Virus record (IMG/VR): IMGVR_UViG_3300026613_000033
Span: 505-64,504 of that record
DNA length: 64,000 nucleotides
Origin: a virus
Direction: 5' to 3' (one strand)
How positions within the stretch are numbered: position 1 is the stretch's first letter; each line of letters opens with the position of its first letter. The translations under genes and the position numbers were made by a program. This document shows positions 27,206 to 36,594 of this stretch, piece after piece. Below the pieces are notes generated by a model. The model saw only the letters and a list, made by a program, of their open reading frames with translations, ran no database searches and was not told the origin of the DNA.

Positions 27206-28954
27206 TTAAGCCTCTGTAACTTCAATGTTTAATGAACCCGCGAATTGTGTCACCGACCTGTAAATTTCATAGGTTTCGGTCACGGGTGATGTCGCATCAT
27301 TTGTAACACTTATACCAGTTTCCACTTTAGAGAAATTGACGGGTGCATTGTTGTCATTATCAAACCATAAACCCATACCATTACCATCTATTCTAGTAGG
27401 TACACAAATGTAGAAATATGTGTCCGCTGTACCTGTACCAGTCGTGTATGTTCTTTCGTAATTATTGGTAATAATATCTTGGCTTAAACCAACAACATCC
27501 GTTGAATTATTTATAGTAGCTAATTCTGATTTTCCGTAATAAATCCTGTTCGCAAAGCGTAGATTGAAATTAATTGACGCATTACCGTAAACAGCACTTG
27601 TCGCATTCAATGTCCATGACTCATCATCGGTTTCAGTAAGACCAGTTACATCACCAGTTTGTGATGAAGGTAACAATGTCGGAAGCGTACCCGTACCGAT
27701 AACATTCTGTGTATCAGGCGTTTCATTCCACGCCCAATTCAATGTCACCTCAGTAACCGTTTCACCCATATAAGCAAAGCCATTCTGTAACGCGGGTACA
27801 GCAGAAATACTACTTGACACACGAGCCAATGGCGTGTATGGGATATAAACGTTCGCTTGGTCTGGGTCATTCGCATCAGCAATCGCTTGTACATCTGTAC
27901 CCAAGAAATTCAACTTGGTAAAGTTACCAAGACTCGCACCTTGACTTAAAATCTCAAGCGCACCGCCACCTGATAAGGATGTCGTGTCAACGTCGCTGAA
28001 TTGCGTATTGGCCACGTCCGTGATAGCTGTATTAACGCGGTAAAGATTACCTTCATGTGTGATTAAGTCCAACTCAGAATAAGCCACACCCGCCGCATAA
28101 ATCGTGATACCACTATTTTCACCAATCGGGGTAACGTCCATAGAAAGGAATGATGTATTAGCACCCGCACTGATTGCCGTATTAACGCGGTAAATGCCAC
28201 CTTGGTATGTGATGATGTCGTCAACACTAAATGGTGTAAGTTCTGCATAAGCCGCAATACCACCACCAATCATATGACTCTGTACGTCACTGAAGCCTGT
28301 GTTCACTGCGCCATTGATTGCAGTCACAACCGTGTATAACTCACCTTGGTAAGAAATGATGTCACCCGCCACATAAGAATCACCAACGGTGTACGGTTTG
28401 ATAACACCAGTGCCATCGCCTTCGCCAATCATAGAGATGTAAGGTAGGATGTCATTAAACGACGTATTCACTGTATCAGGAATAAGCGTATTAACGGTGT
28501 ATAACTCACCTTCTTGTGCGATGATGTCAAATTGCTGATAGGAAACGCCAACTTGGTATTCTTTAACCACGCCGCTACCACCGCCGCCAGAGCCTATATC
28601 AACGGAAGGCACACCAGTCCATGTACCGCCTGCTTTTGGGCCGTATAGGAGGTTGGTGTTTGTGTTGTACCATAAGTCACCATCGACACCCACGGCATCG
28701 TCATTCGGTGGCGTTTGGAATGAATACATCAATGAACCGTAAATTGTTGGGATGGTTGAATAATCAATCATGTTCCAAAGGTTATTACGACGCTCAAAAC
28801 GTGTCGCCGTGGCGGTATCAAAAAAGTAGTCACCCTCGTTACCGAAAAATGGTGGGCTACCGTCATATCTTTGTAAAGGCTGATAGTTACCCAACTCCGT
28901 GTAAAAGGTAACTAGGAACGCTTGGAATTCCTCTTGAGTTACGAACTCGTCCAT
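27206..28954 (-). CDS. Fibre-associated protein with four CBM5/12-like repeats
   Basis: 582 aa; four ~47-aa repeats (e.g. PYTVGDSYVAGDIISYQGELYTV); G..GD.YY.T...LYGPK..G.W fibre motif. Confidence 0.7.
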   Translation of the reverse strand: MDEFVTQEEFQAFLVTFYTELGNYQPLQRYDGSPPFFGNEGDYFFDTATATRFERRNNLWNMIDYSTIPTIYGSLMYSFQTPPNDDAVGVDGDLWYNTNTNLLYGPKAGGTWTGVPSVDIGSGGGGSGVVKEYQVGVSYQQFDIIAQEGELYTVNTLIPDTVNTSFNDILPYISMIGEGDGTGVIKPYTVGDSYVAGDIISYQGELYTVVTAINGAVNTGFSDVQSHMIGGGIAAYAELTPFSVDDIITYQGGIYRVNTAISAGANTSFLSMDVTPIGENSGITIYAAGVAYSELDLITHEGNLYRVNTAITDVANTQFSDVDTTSLSGGGALEILSQGASLGNFTKLNFLGTDVQAIADANDPDQANVYIPYTPLARVSSSISAVPALQNGFAYMGETVTEVTLNWAWNETPDTQNVIGTGTLPTLLPSSQTGDVTGLTETDDESWTLNATSAVYGNASINFNLRFANRIYYGKSELATINNSTDVVGLSQDIITNNYERTYTTGTGTADTYFYICVPTRIDGNGMGLWFDNDNNAPVNFSKVETGISVTNDATSPVTETYEIYRSVTQFAGSLNIEVTEA

Positions 28955-28958
28955 TCGA

Positions 28959-31229
28959 TTATTCCTCTTCTTCTAATGTGATTACGATGTCAACCGATGA
29001 ACTCGTCCAGAAGAAATCATTTAACCAGAAGAAGTATCTATCTTCAGGTTGAACAACTCTCGCAGGGTCTGAGAAATCAACAACATTCGCACCAAAATCG
29101 GTTGTTAAATTGTTTGTAGATGTCAAATCAACATAATCAGGGTCTGTCGGTGGCAAAGGATTACCTGAATCATCGACAATTCTGTATCTCAATTCTCTAT
29201 TCATAATGGTGAAACCAAACACACCACGTTCAGTCGAATCATCGTATGTAAGCGTATCGCTGTAAGTCATGCTTTGATTACCTAAAGAGGTAACAGTCGC
29301 CGTCACTTTGTTAATGTCCGAAACAGGTACACCCAAGTCGAAACAACGTGATGCATCATTACGGAAGATTCTGAACTTACGAGTGATAAAGCCGCCGATG
29401 TAATAATCCAATTCACCCGCGTCCGCTAATTCCTGTTCATAGTTAATTGGCGATGTCGAAGACAAATCAACATTACCTTGGTTCATACCTTGTAAGTTAT
29501 GGAACTGAGCCGCACCACGTAATGAACCGTCACTCACGCCATCTGGTGGAACCGATGTATCTGTATCATTAACAATCAACGTATTTGTCCAACGTGTGTT
29601 ACCATTGCTCGGTTGCCATGTGCCACCTAAAACACCATACCCCGCTTGTGGGTCGATGCTGAAGTTAGTCAAAGGCTGATTCGAGTCAACACGAATCGTA
29701 TAAGACTGTGGCGCACCAATACTTGGACTATCATTCGTCATATTACCCACACCACCCTCGAAGGCAGTCGGTTGATAGAATGATGGGTCAGCCACACCTA
29801 AACCACCCGATGGGAAACGTGCGTCAAACGTGAATGTCAATTGCGGTGCTTCTGCTACAATAGGAATCAATGTACTAATCGTCCTTGATGTTTGGTTTTG
29901 TGGTTTGAAGATTGTCACACTCAAGTTGGTGCCAGTAACACGATAGGTGTTAAAGCCCGTCTTCAATGTACAAACCTTCGGGTTACTTGGGTCAGTCGGG
30001 TCAACGATGTCGAAGTCTTGACCAGACGTGAACGTGTACTCATACAATGATTCGTCATCGTATGCATTCGTGTTTGTGATGAAGTCAATACGCGCTTCTT
30101 CATTCGGTTCATCAACCATCGCCGTGCGTGTCTGTAAAACGCCATTCTCGAAAATCTGAGCGGCATCAAAGCTACCATTAGGGCGAACGTTGTCGTAACG
30201 AATAAACGTCACACCATCGGCTTGTACGGCCTCAGATGATGTCGTGTAAATGTTACTGGTGAAACCTGCTAAGTTCTTAGCCGAAACAGAATAAGTTCTC
30301 TCACCTTGACCTGTACTATTGGCATTAACTGGAACCGTATAAATGAACTCATTGCCCACTTGACCGCCGCTTGGGTTATTAACCGTCTTAGGCTGTAGTG
30401 CGTTATCTGTGCCACTACCATTAATAATCGTAATAGACGACAATGCCTGCGTAGAAACAACGTCAATTTCCATCGAATCATTTTGCTTAAAGTGAGTCTG
30501 TCCATTTGCCGCATTCGGGTAAATGTTTGAACCACCAATGAAGTTAGATGTAATAACTGGTGAATCAGAAACCACCGCCGAAGCTTCAGCCGTACTACCA
30601 TTAGAATGCGTCGCGATGATGCTACCACCCGATGCCAAATTAGTTACGTCAACCTGAATAGTGTCCACCCAATAACCATGGGATAAATTCAAACCACTGC
30701 TAATAGTCACTTCGTCGGTTGGGGTTTCAGAGTTACCCACTAATAAACCAACTTTCACTTCAGGGATGTATGTCTCATCAGAGATACAACGGATAGTCAC
30801 ATTGACGTATTGGTCAGCCGTTTCAAAAGCGATAACTTCACCAAAGCCATTGGTTGTCACATTCACCGTACCGCCACCGACGGCTGAAATGCCAGTGATG
30901 TATATTTTGCGTTCAGGGATTTCTAAGCTGTCGGTTTCCCATTGATACCAGACACCTTCCACTTGCCCCCAAATATTCAACACTTCTGGTTCAACAGAGG
31001 TATCTACCCAAATCATGCCATTCGTTGGCGCAGTTGGCGCAGTATCGGAAATAATAGCGTACACACTACCACCACCGCCACCAGAGCCGCCACCGACGGA
31101 TATAACTTGGCCATTTTCATCCTTGGTGTAAAGAATACGGTCAGCTAAATTCACACCCAACTGAGCTACGCCTAACTCAGTAGGACTAGGAATCGCCCCC
31201 GCAATTGAACTTCTTATTATTCTTCTCAT
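28959..31229 (-). CDS. Tail fibre-like protein (756 aa)
   Basis: N-terminus RRIIRSS.AGAIPS..ELGVAQLGVNLADRILYTK is a common fibre N-domain; ISDTAPTAPTNGMIW; body paralogous to the C-terminus of ORF 23273..26179. Confidence 0.75.
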   Translation of the reverse strand: MRRIIRSSIAGAIPSPTELGVAQLGVNLADRILYTKDENGQVISVGGGSGGGGGSVYAIISDTAPTAPTNGMIWVDTSVEPEVLNIWGQVEGVWYQWETDSLEIPERKIYITGISAVGGGTVNVTTNGFGEVIAFETADQYVNVTIRCISDETYIPEVKVGLLVGNSETPTDEVTISSGLNLSHGYWVDTIQVDVTNLASGGSIIATHSNGSTAEASAVVSDSPVITSNFIGGSNIYPNAANGQTHFKQNDSMEIDVVSTQALSSITIINGSGTDNALQPKTVNNPSGGQVGNEFIYTVPVNANSTGQGERTYSVSAKNLAGFTSNIYTTSSEAVQADGVTFIRYDNVRPNGSFDAAQIFENGVLQTRTAMVDEPNEEARIDFITNTNAYDDESLYEYTFTSGQDFDIVDPTDPSNPKVCTLKTGFNTYRVTGTNLSVTIFKPQNQTSRTISTLIPIVAEAPQLTFTFDARFPSGGLGVADPSFYQPTAFEGGVGNMTNDSPSIGAPQSYTIRVDSNQPLTNFSIDPQAGYGVLGGTWQPSNGNTRWTNTLIVNDTDTSVPPDGVSDGSLRGAAQFHNLQGMNQGNVDLSSTSPINYEQELADAGELDYYIGGFITRKFRIFRNDASRCFDLGVPVSDINKVTATVTSLGNQSMTYSDTLTYDDSTERGVFGFTIMNRELRYRIVDDSGNPLPPTDPDYVDLTSTNNLTTDFGANVVDFSDPARVVQPEDRYFFWLNDFFWTSSSVDIVITLEEEE

Positions 31230-31259
31230 TTCAGTAAAGCCTTTGATTAATCTTAGCTA

Positions 31260-31267
31260 TATTTATG
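31260..31267 (-). promoter_or_regulatory. Late promoter CATAAATA
   Basis: Intergenic, about 31 nt before the 31229 start. Confidence 0.65.
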
Positions 31268-31274
31268 CAACATT

Positions 31275-32087
31275 TTAAGCGCCTACAAAAGTACCGCCGT
31301 CATCGACATTCACCCAATTGGCACCATTCCAATAGTGCAAGTCTCCATTAACTGGGTTAATCCAAACATCACTCTGTGTTAAGTTAGGATGTGTGGCGAT
31401 TTGTGGCGAAGATGCGCTCGTATAAATGTTCGAAATCTCTTCACCGTTGTGTAAAACATGACCAAATAATTCAATCGTGTTTCTTTCCGCAGGTATTGCA
31501 TTCTCATCACCTAATTTGATGTCAGAAAGCACCTGAAAATCTTCTGCATTGATGTTAAAGTCACCCGCCGATGTCATATTCACATCAAATCCCGCATTCA
31601 CGTTCACATTCCATGACTTCAGGAATAAACCAGAACGACCTACGTTACCTAAGTGTAAATCGCCGCCTTCTGGGTTGATGTATAATGTACCTGCCGAAAA
31701 GCCATTGATGTCATTGGCACCGCCGATAGAATACGATGTACCACGAGATTGAATCGTGTTATTATCGAAACCTAAGTTGACTGTATCGTCACCAATGTAG
31801 AATGGGTCTTGTCCACGCACTTCGACGTTAATCTGATTCATCGAACCAAAGTGAATGTTGTCGAAAATAATCGCGTCAGTGGATGTCCATGACTCCGTAG
31901 CTTCATCCCAGTAAAAACGTGCATTAGTCTTACCGACGTATGAACGGTCAACACTCAAGCCTGCGGAAGTAACAATCGTACTTCCATCCTGAACTTGTGC
32001 ATTCAAAAGAATGTCATTACCATCAACTGTTACCTGAGATAACGCATTATTTTGTGACTTGGCTATGTGTGCATTTTTAGTTTTCAT
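31275..32087 (-). CDS. Short fibre-like protein (270 aa)
   Basis: LYINPEGGDLHLG beta-fibre motif; ends DVWINP..GDLHYWNG..W..VDDGGTF. Confidence 0.65.
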   Translation of the reverse strand: MKTKNAHIAKSQNNALSQVTVDGNDILLNAQVQDGSTIVTSAGLSVDRSYVGKTNARFYWDEATESWTSTDAIIFDNIHFGSMNQINVEVRGQDPFYIGDDTVNLGFDNNTIQSRGTSYSIGGANDINGFSAGTLYINPEGGDLHLGNVGRSGLFLKSWNVNVNAGFDVNMTSAGDFNINAEDFQVLSDIKLGDENAIPAERNTIELFGHVLHNGEEISNIYTSASSPQIATHPNLTQSDVWINPVNGDLHYWNGANWVNVDDGGTFVGA

Positions 32088-32100
32088 TTAACTTCTCCCC

Positions 32101-35100
32101 TTATGCCTTCTGACCAATGACCAAAAAGTCAACATTGATGTCGCCATTAAGACTAGCGTTATCTAAATCACAATGGATAGTGAAGCCATTAGTTCCTTTT
32201 CCTGAGTAAGAAATATCAACGACGGTTAATCCATCTAACTGTGGTGTAAGCTGTATGCTATAATTCGTATTAGCGAAATCACCCATAGAGAAAGAAACAC
32301 TTAGTGAACCAGATGTTGTAACCTGTACTGTGCCCCACTTCGTCATAGTTTGGCCAATAACTTGTTGTTGCTCCGATACCATTGTGAAATCTTCAGTGAT
32401 TTCATTGCCGTCGAAAATTTTCAAGTCATCTGAATTACCATTAGATAAATCACTGCCGTGGCGGACGAAAATCTCACCATTGTCTTCAACAAGGTTCCAC
32501 ACGTTTGTTGATGTACCGCCACCGAACTGAATACCGCCTGTGCCATCCGTACCAACAATCAAACTTTTGTTGATTTCGATGCCATCGTCAGTCGTCATTA
32601 AACGTTCTTCGTTGTTGTAATACAATGAAACGCCGCCTTCGCGAACAGCCGATATAGCACGGTTCTGAGTTGTCGATAATGTGATGTTACCTTCGCCACT
32701 ACCGTCAGTCTTTGTCGAGTGACCAATGTAGATAGTAGAGTCGTTTTCAACACGCATACCCGCACCGATACGACCACCAGTATTACCACCAAGCGCAATC
32801 GTACCACCTTGGAAATGACCACTGCCCGATGTCTGACTTTGTGAACCAGACGTTAAACGTAAGCCGCCATAAACACGCGCACCATTCGACTCAGTTTCAA
32901 TCATCTTAGTACCGTCATGGTATAAGCTAGTTGAACCATTCTTAGTCGCTTCGATTACACGGTCATTGTTTGATGAGAATGAACCCGAATCAGCGAATTG
33001 CATTCTGAACGTGCTGCCGTCTTGGGTCATATCAAAGCCGCTTGATGTATCACCAAATTGGTATGTACCACCTTCAGCTAAAACATTCGCCTCTGTCGTC
33101 ACATTACCCGTTGATACAATAGTGCCATCAACGTATGCATCGTTTTCAAATACAACCTGTGAATCAGTACCCGCATTGATTGTACCAACGCTCAATTTAT
33201 ACGCCGCGTCAACGACTGTATCGCTTTGTAACGTGATTGCATTGCTGCTTGGGTTAGTTGATTCAATTGTGTCTACTGACGCTCTACCGCTCAATACAAC
33301 GTCGCTTGCAACGATGTTGATGTCTAATGTACTTGCATCCACTGGGTCGCCATCGACCGACGAACGAATATGACGTGTCACTAAATCATTCGTTGGACTA
33401 ATCACTAAATCATCAGAAATAGTCAATGGGTCATTCACAATCAACGACTGAAGCGTGTTGATTTTCAATGTACCTTCTACTTCAAGGTCATTACTGACGT
33501 ATGTGCGCGATGGGTTAATAGAAAGATGTGATGCCCATGTGAACGGTTGCCCCGCCACTGAATCTAAACCACCTAATGCCGTACCAAGGAACACTTCACC
33601 GTCAGCGCCGTCTGTATCCATCTTAACAATAGCCGCACCATCATTTGATGTGATGTATTGACCATCCTGAGAAGGGTTAGCACCCGCCCTATGGCCTGAC
33701 TTCAAACTAAAGTCGCCGCTGTTGTCATTGATTGCAATAGACCTCGGTGCATCGTTTTTCGTCGTAGCCGCGAAGTAGATACCCGTCGTCGGTGATGTGA
33801 AGAAGTTCTCTTCACCCGTCACCCTCACTGCGTCATCGATTACAACCAAGTCATTTGAACTTTGGATATTACCGTTCGCCCAAATAGTCGAGCTTGCTGT
33901 TAAACCGCTACCAAATGTTACTGTCGTCGCAGGCGAAATAGGCGTGATATTATTCACTGAGATATTGCCCACTTGAATCGGCGAAATGAAGTTTAATGGG
34001 TCACTCACCGTAGGACTACCAATCGTACCATTCACCGTCATGCTCGCATTCACAGACAATGGTGAATCAACGTCGATGTCGCCGTTTGTCTCACTCTCGA
34101 TACTGCCTTCAATAGTCAATACACCAGTAACGGTGGTATCACCTAAAGACGCACTCTCGATTTCAATAGGTTGGTTATCACGACTATTCAATTGCGTGAT
34201 TTGAACCGCACCGAAATATGACGTTGATAATTCAGGTACACTGATTGCAGTGTCGTCACCAGTGGCGGTTGAGTTTACAATGAATGCACCCTCGTTTATT
34301 GCCAATGAACCAGTCTTAGAATCATCACCGATTTTATTCAAACCGATTTGAACAACGATACCCGAATCATTACGTGAATAAAGAACGCCGTTCTGGAAAC
34401 CGATAGCAAGTTCGCCTTCCATTATCTCCGTGCTGTTTGGTTTAAGGATACTGTCGAAGCTGCGCTTATGACGATAGCCGTATAATGAAACCGTTGAATC
34501 ATTCGATGTGTAACGCCCCGCATCCCAAATAGATTCATCCATCACAAAGTTACCGCTGATAGAAGCCGTCGGTAATAATTGACCTTGTGAAATGATGCCA
34601 CCAAAAATACTACCTTTGTTTGAAGCATTGTTGGTATTGATGATAGTTAAGTCTTGGTCTGTTGAGATAAAGTTAGGTACAAGTGATTCTACGATGTCTC
34701 GAATCGCAGCCGTTTCTAGTACGTCAACTTCGTCTAAAGTTTTCCAACGGACGGTGACAAAATCGCCGGGTAATAGTGGCGTATTAAAGTGGATACCATT
34801 GAACAAGCTGTAACGCTTATGAACGTTTGGTGTGTTGTTGTAATCGTTCGGTTGTGTGTCCGTCAATGAAACACCCGTACCATAAAACGGGTAGAAGTCT
34901 GCACTGTCAATACCGCCTTGAACATACTCAACACCATTCACTGTAACCGTCATGTCAATCGCTTGAATACGAGCGCCGTCAGCGTCGAAGTATGGGTCTT
35001 GTGATGCACGTTCGCCAGTGATGATATTGATAACTGCATTACGCGCAACATTACCCTGTTCAGACACATCCAATAGTGTCACTGGGAATTCACTTTCGTG

Positions 35101-36549
35101 ACGTTGTGGCGGTAATTCAGTAATACCGTTTACGGTGTCGGTGATGAAGAATTCACGCTCGAAACTTAACGTCTTATTAGTACGCTCAATCTCTGTAATA
35201 ATCCAACCGTTTGCCTTACCATTTTCGTAATTAGAAAGACTTGAGTAAACGTATTTCACTTTACGAACAGACGCATCAAACTGTACGAACAAATCTTGAA
35301 CGTATTGTGTGTCGATGCCTTCTAAACCTTCGATGAATTTAAACTTATTCGTGTCAACAACACCGTCGTATGTCGGCTTTGTCACGAAATCACTACCATT
35401 CAATGGAATGCCGTCACGAGTCTTCCAAATAGGACGGATAACAAAAGGTCTGCCCGTGTCATTAACGATGGTAATTGTACGACTTGTATAATCCTCTTCA
35501 TCTTCTAATGATTGTGGGTATGGAAACAAAATTTCCCAATCGGCGATGGTGTAACGTGTACTTGAGTTGTTCTTCAAGATTACTGAGTTACCATTACCGT
35601 CGCCCCACCATTGGTCATCCATCTGAATCGTGTTACACGCCGCATTACTACCTTCCCAATACGGTTCACGCCCCGCCGATGAAGCAGGTATCTGTTTGAA
35701 CGTACTGGTTAATTTAGGGTTGAAGTAAATCGTTGTCGGTTCAGTAGGTGTACCATTCGTTTGTGTCGCACGGTTTGCTGAGAAACATGGGCGCTCAAAT
35801 AACTCACGGCCTTTTAAATCTTCCGCCGCATTAAATGGGTCAAACTTATATACTGTCCAACCAACGTCATCGCCACCATAAACCACTTCAAGGTTTAAGC
35901 CTGCCGATGTGAAGAATAATTCGTCTTGTGCTTCCGTTGGCGGAATTGGTGTATTAGGGAACGTCACTGGCTTGTAAGAACGACTTACACCACCAATATT
36001 AACGTGCGCTGCATTCGGTAATAAACCCGTCACATTCTTGTTGACTTTACCCCAGTTCCATTCACTGATATTCGCGCCAGTGTATTCATATGGCGAAGCA
36101 GAAATAATAACACGGTTGCCGTTGCCTAATGTGTTGTTAAGGTCGCGGATTTTTACCACGTCACCTTTGTTGGCCAATGGTAAAACAATACGGTAGGATT
36201 CATTACTGCCCATAGCAGAAAAGTCGAAAGCGACTTGTTCGCCTCGACTCATAAAAAACATATTTGCGTCGGTGCCGTCTGAGCGGGTTACGCCGGGGCT
36301 TCGGGCGCGTACTTTTTGCCAGAAACCTGAAGGGTGTAACTGTGCATTGAAGTCGTCAATGGTCGCCGCTTGGTTTCTACAACCGTAATACGGGTCAGCC
36401 GTTTCTTCAACAATAGGAACGTCACCATATTGAGAATAAATGTCAACAAAGTTGTTGTTTATTCTACGACCACCTTCACGCGCTGAACTACCATCACCAG
36501 AATCAGCCGCGCTACCAAGGTTTATTAAATTTAGACCGATACCAGTCAT
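32101..36549 (-). CDS. Baseplate-anchored fibre with gp9/gp10-like N-terminus (1482 aa)
   Basis: INLGSAADSGDGSSAREGGRRINNNFVDIY resembles the T4 gp9/gp10 N-terminus; internal KRS...EGELAI...G.LY module; C-terminal KWGTV...SVSF...F....YSIQLT fibre-tip domain. Confidence 0.75.
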   Translation of the reverse strand: MTGIGLNLINLGSAADSGDGSSAREGGRRINNNFVDIYSQYGDVPIVEETADPYYGCRNQAATIDDFNAQLHPSGFWQKVRARSPGVTRSDGTDANMFFMSRGEQVAFDFSAMGSNESYRIVLPLANKGDVVKIRDLNNTLGNGNRVIISASPYEYTGANISEWNWGKVNKNVTGLLPNAAHVNIGGVSRSYKPVTFPNTPIPPTEAQDELFFTSAGLNLEVVYGGDDVGWTVYKFDPFNAAEDLKGRELFERPCFSANRATQTNGTPTEPTTIYFNPKLTSTFKQIPASSAGREPYWEGSNAACNTIQMDDQWWGDGNGNSVILKNNSSTRYTIADWEILFPYPQSLEDEEDYTSRTITIVNDTGRPFVIRPIWKTRDGIPLNGSDFVTKPTYDGVVDTNKFKFIEGLEGIDTQYVQDLFVQFDASVRKVKYVYSSLSNYENGKANGWIITEIERTNKTLSFEREFFITDTVNGITELPPQRHESEFPVTLLDVSEQGNVARNAVINIITGERASQDPYFDADGARIQAIDMTVTVNGVEYVQGGIDSADFYPFYGTGVSLTDTQPNDYNNTPNVHKRYSLFNGIHFNTPLLPGDFVTVRWKTLDEVDVLETAAIRDIVESLVPNFISTDQDLTIINTNNASNKGSIFGGIISQGQLLPTASISGNFVMDESIWDAGRYTSNDSTVSLYGYRHKRSFDSILKPNSTEIMEGELAIGFQNGVLYSRNDSGIVVQIGLNKIGDDSKTGSLAINEGAFIVNSTATGDDTAISVPELSTSYFGAVQITQLNSRDNQPIEIESASLGDTTVTGVLTIEGSIESETNGDIDVDSPLSVNASMTVNGTIGSPTVSDPLNFISPIQVGNISVNNITPISPATTVTFGSGLTASSTIWANGNIQSSNDLVVIDDAVRVTGEENFFTSPTTGIYFAATTKNDAPRSIAINDNSGDFSLKSGHRAGANPSQDGQYITSNDGAAIVKMDTDGADGEVFLGTALGGLDSVAGQPFTWASHLSINPSRTYVSNDLEVEGTLKINTLQSLIVNDPLTISDDLVISPTNDLVTRHIRSSVDGDPVDASTLDINIVASDVVLSGRASVDTIESTNPSSNAITLQSDTVVDAAYKLSVGTINAGTDSQVVFENDAYVDGTIVSTGNVTTEANVLAEGGTYQFGDTSSGFDMTQDGSTFRMQFADSGSFSSNNDRVIEATKNGSTSLYHDGTKMIETESNGARVYGGLRLTSGSQSQTSGSGHFQGGTIALGGNTGGRIGAGMRVENDSTIYIGHSTKTDGSGEGNITLSTTQNRAISAVREGGVSLYYNNEERLMTTDDGIEINKSLIVGTDGTGGIQFGGGTSTNVWNLVEDNGEIFVRHGSDLSNGNSDDLKIFDGNEITEDFTMVSEQQQVIGQTMTKWGTVQVTTSGSLSVSFSMGDFANTNYSIQLTPQLDGLTVVDISYSGKGTNGFTIHCDLDNASLNGDINVDFLVIGQKA

Positions 36550-36581
36550 TGTTATACTCCTAAATATTTCATTTCTGCCCT

Positions 36582-36589
36582 TATTTATG
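36582..36589 (-). promoter_or_regulatory. Late promoter CATAAATA heading the fibre array
   Basis: Intergenic between the gp15 stop and the 36549 start (GGAG RBS). Confidence 0.65.
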
Positions 36590-36594
36590 GCGTG

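Noticed and set aside
1177-36549. Diversity-generating retroelement or invertase-driven tail switching
   Set aside because: No reverse transcriptase or recombinase in the window, no near-identical pair differing only at adenines, and no inverted cassettes; all fibre genes are co-oriented.
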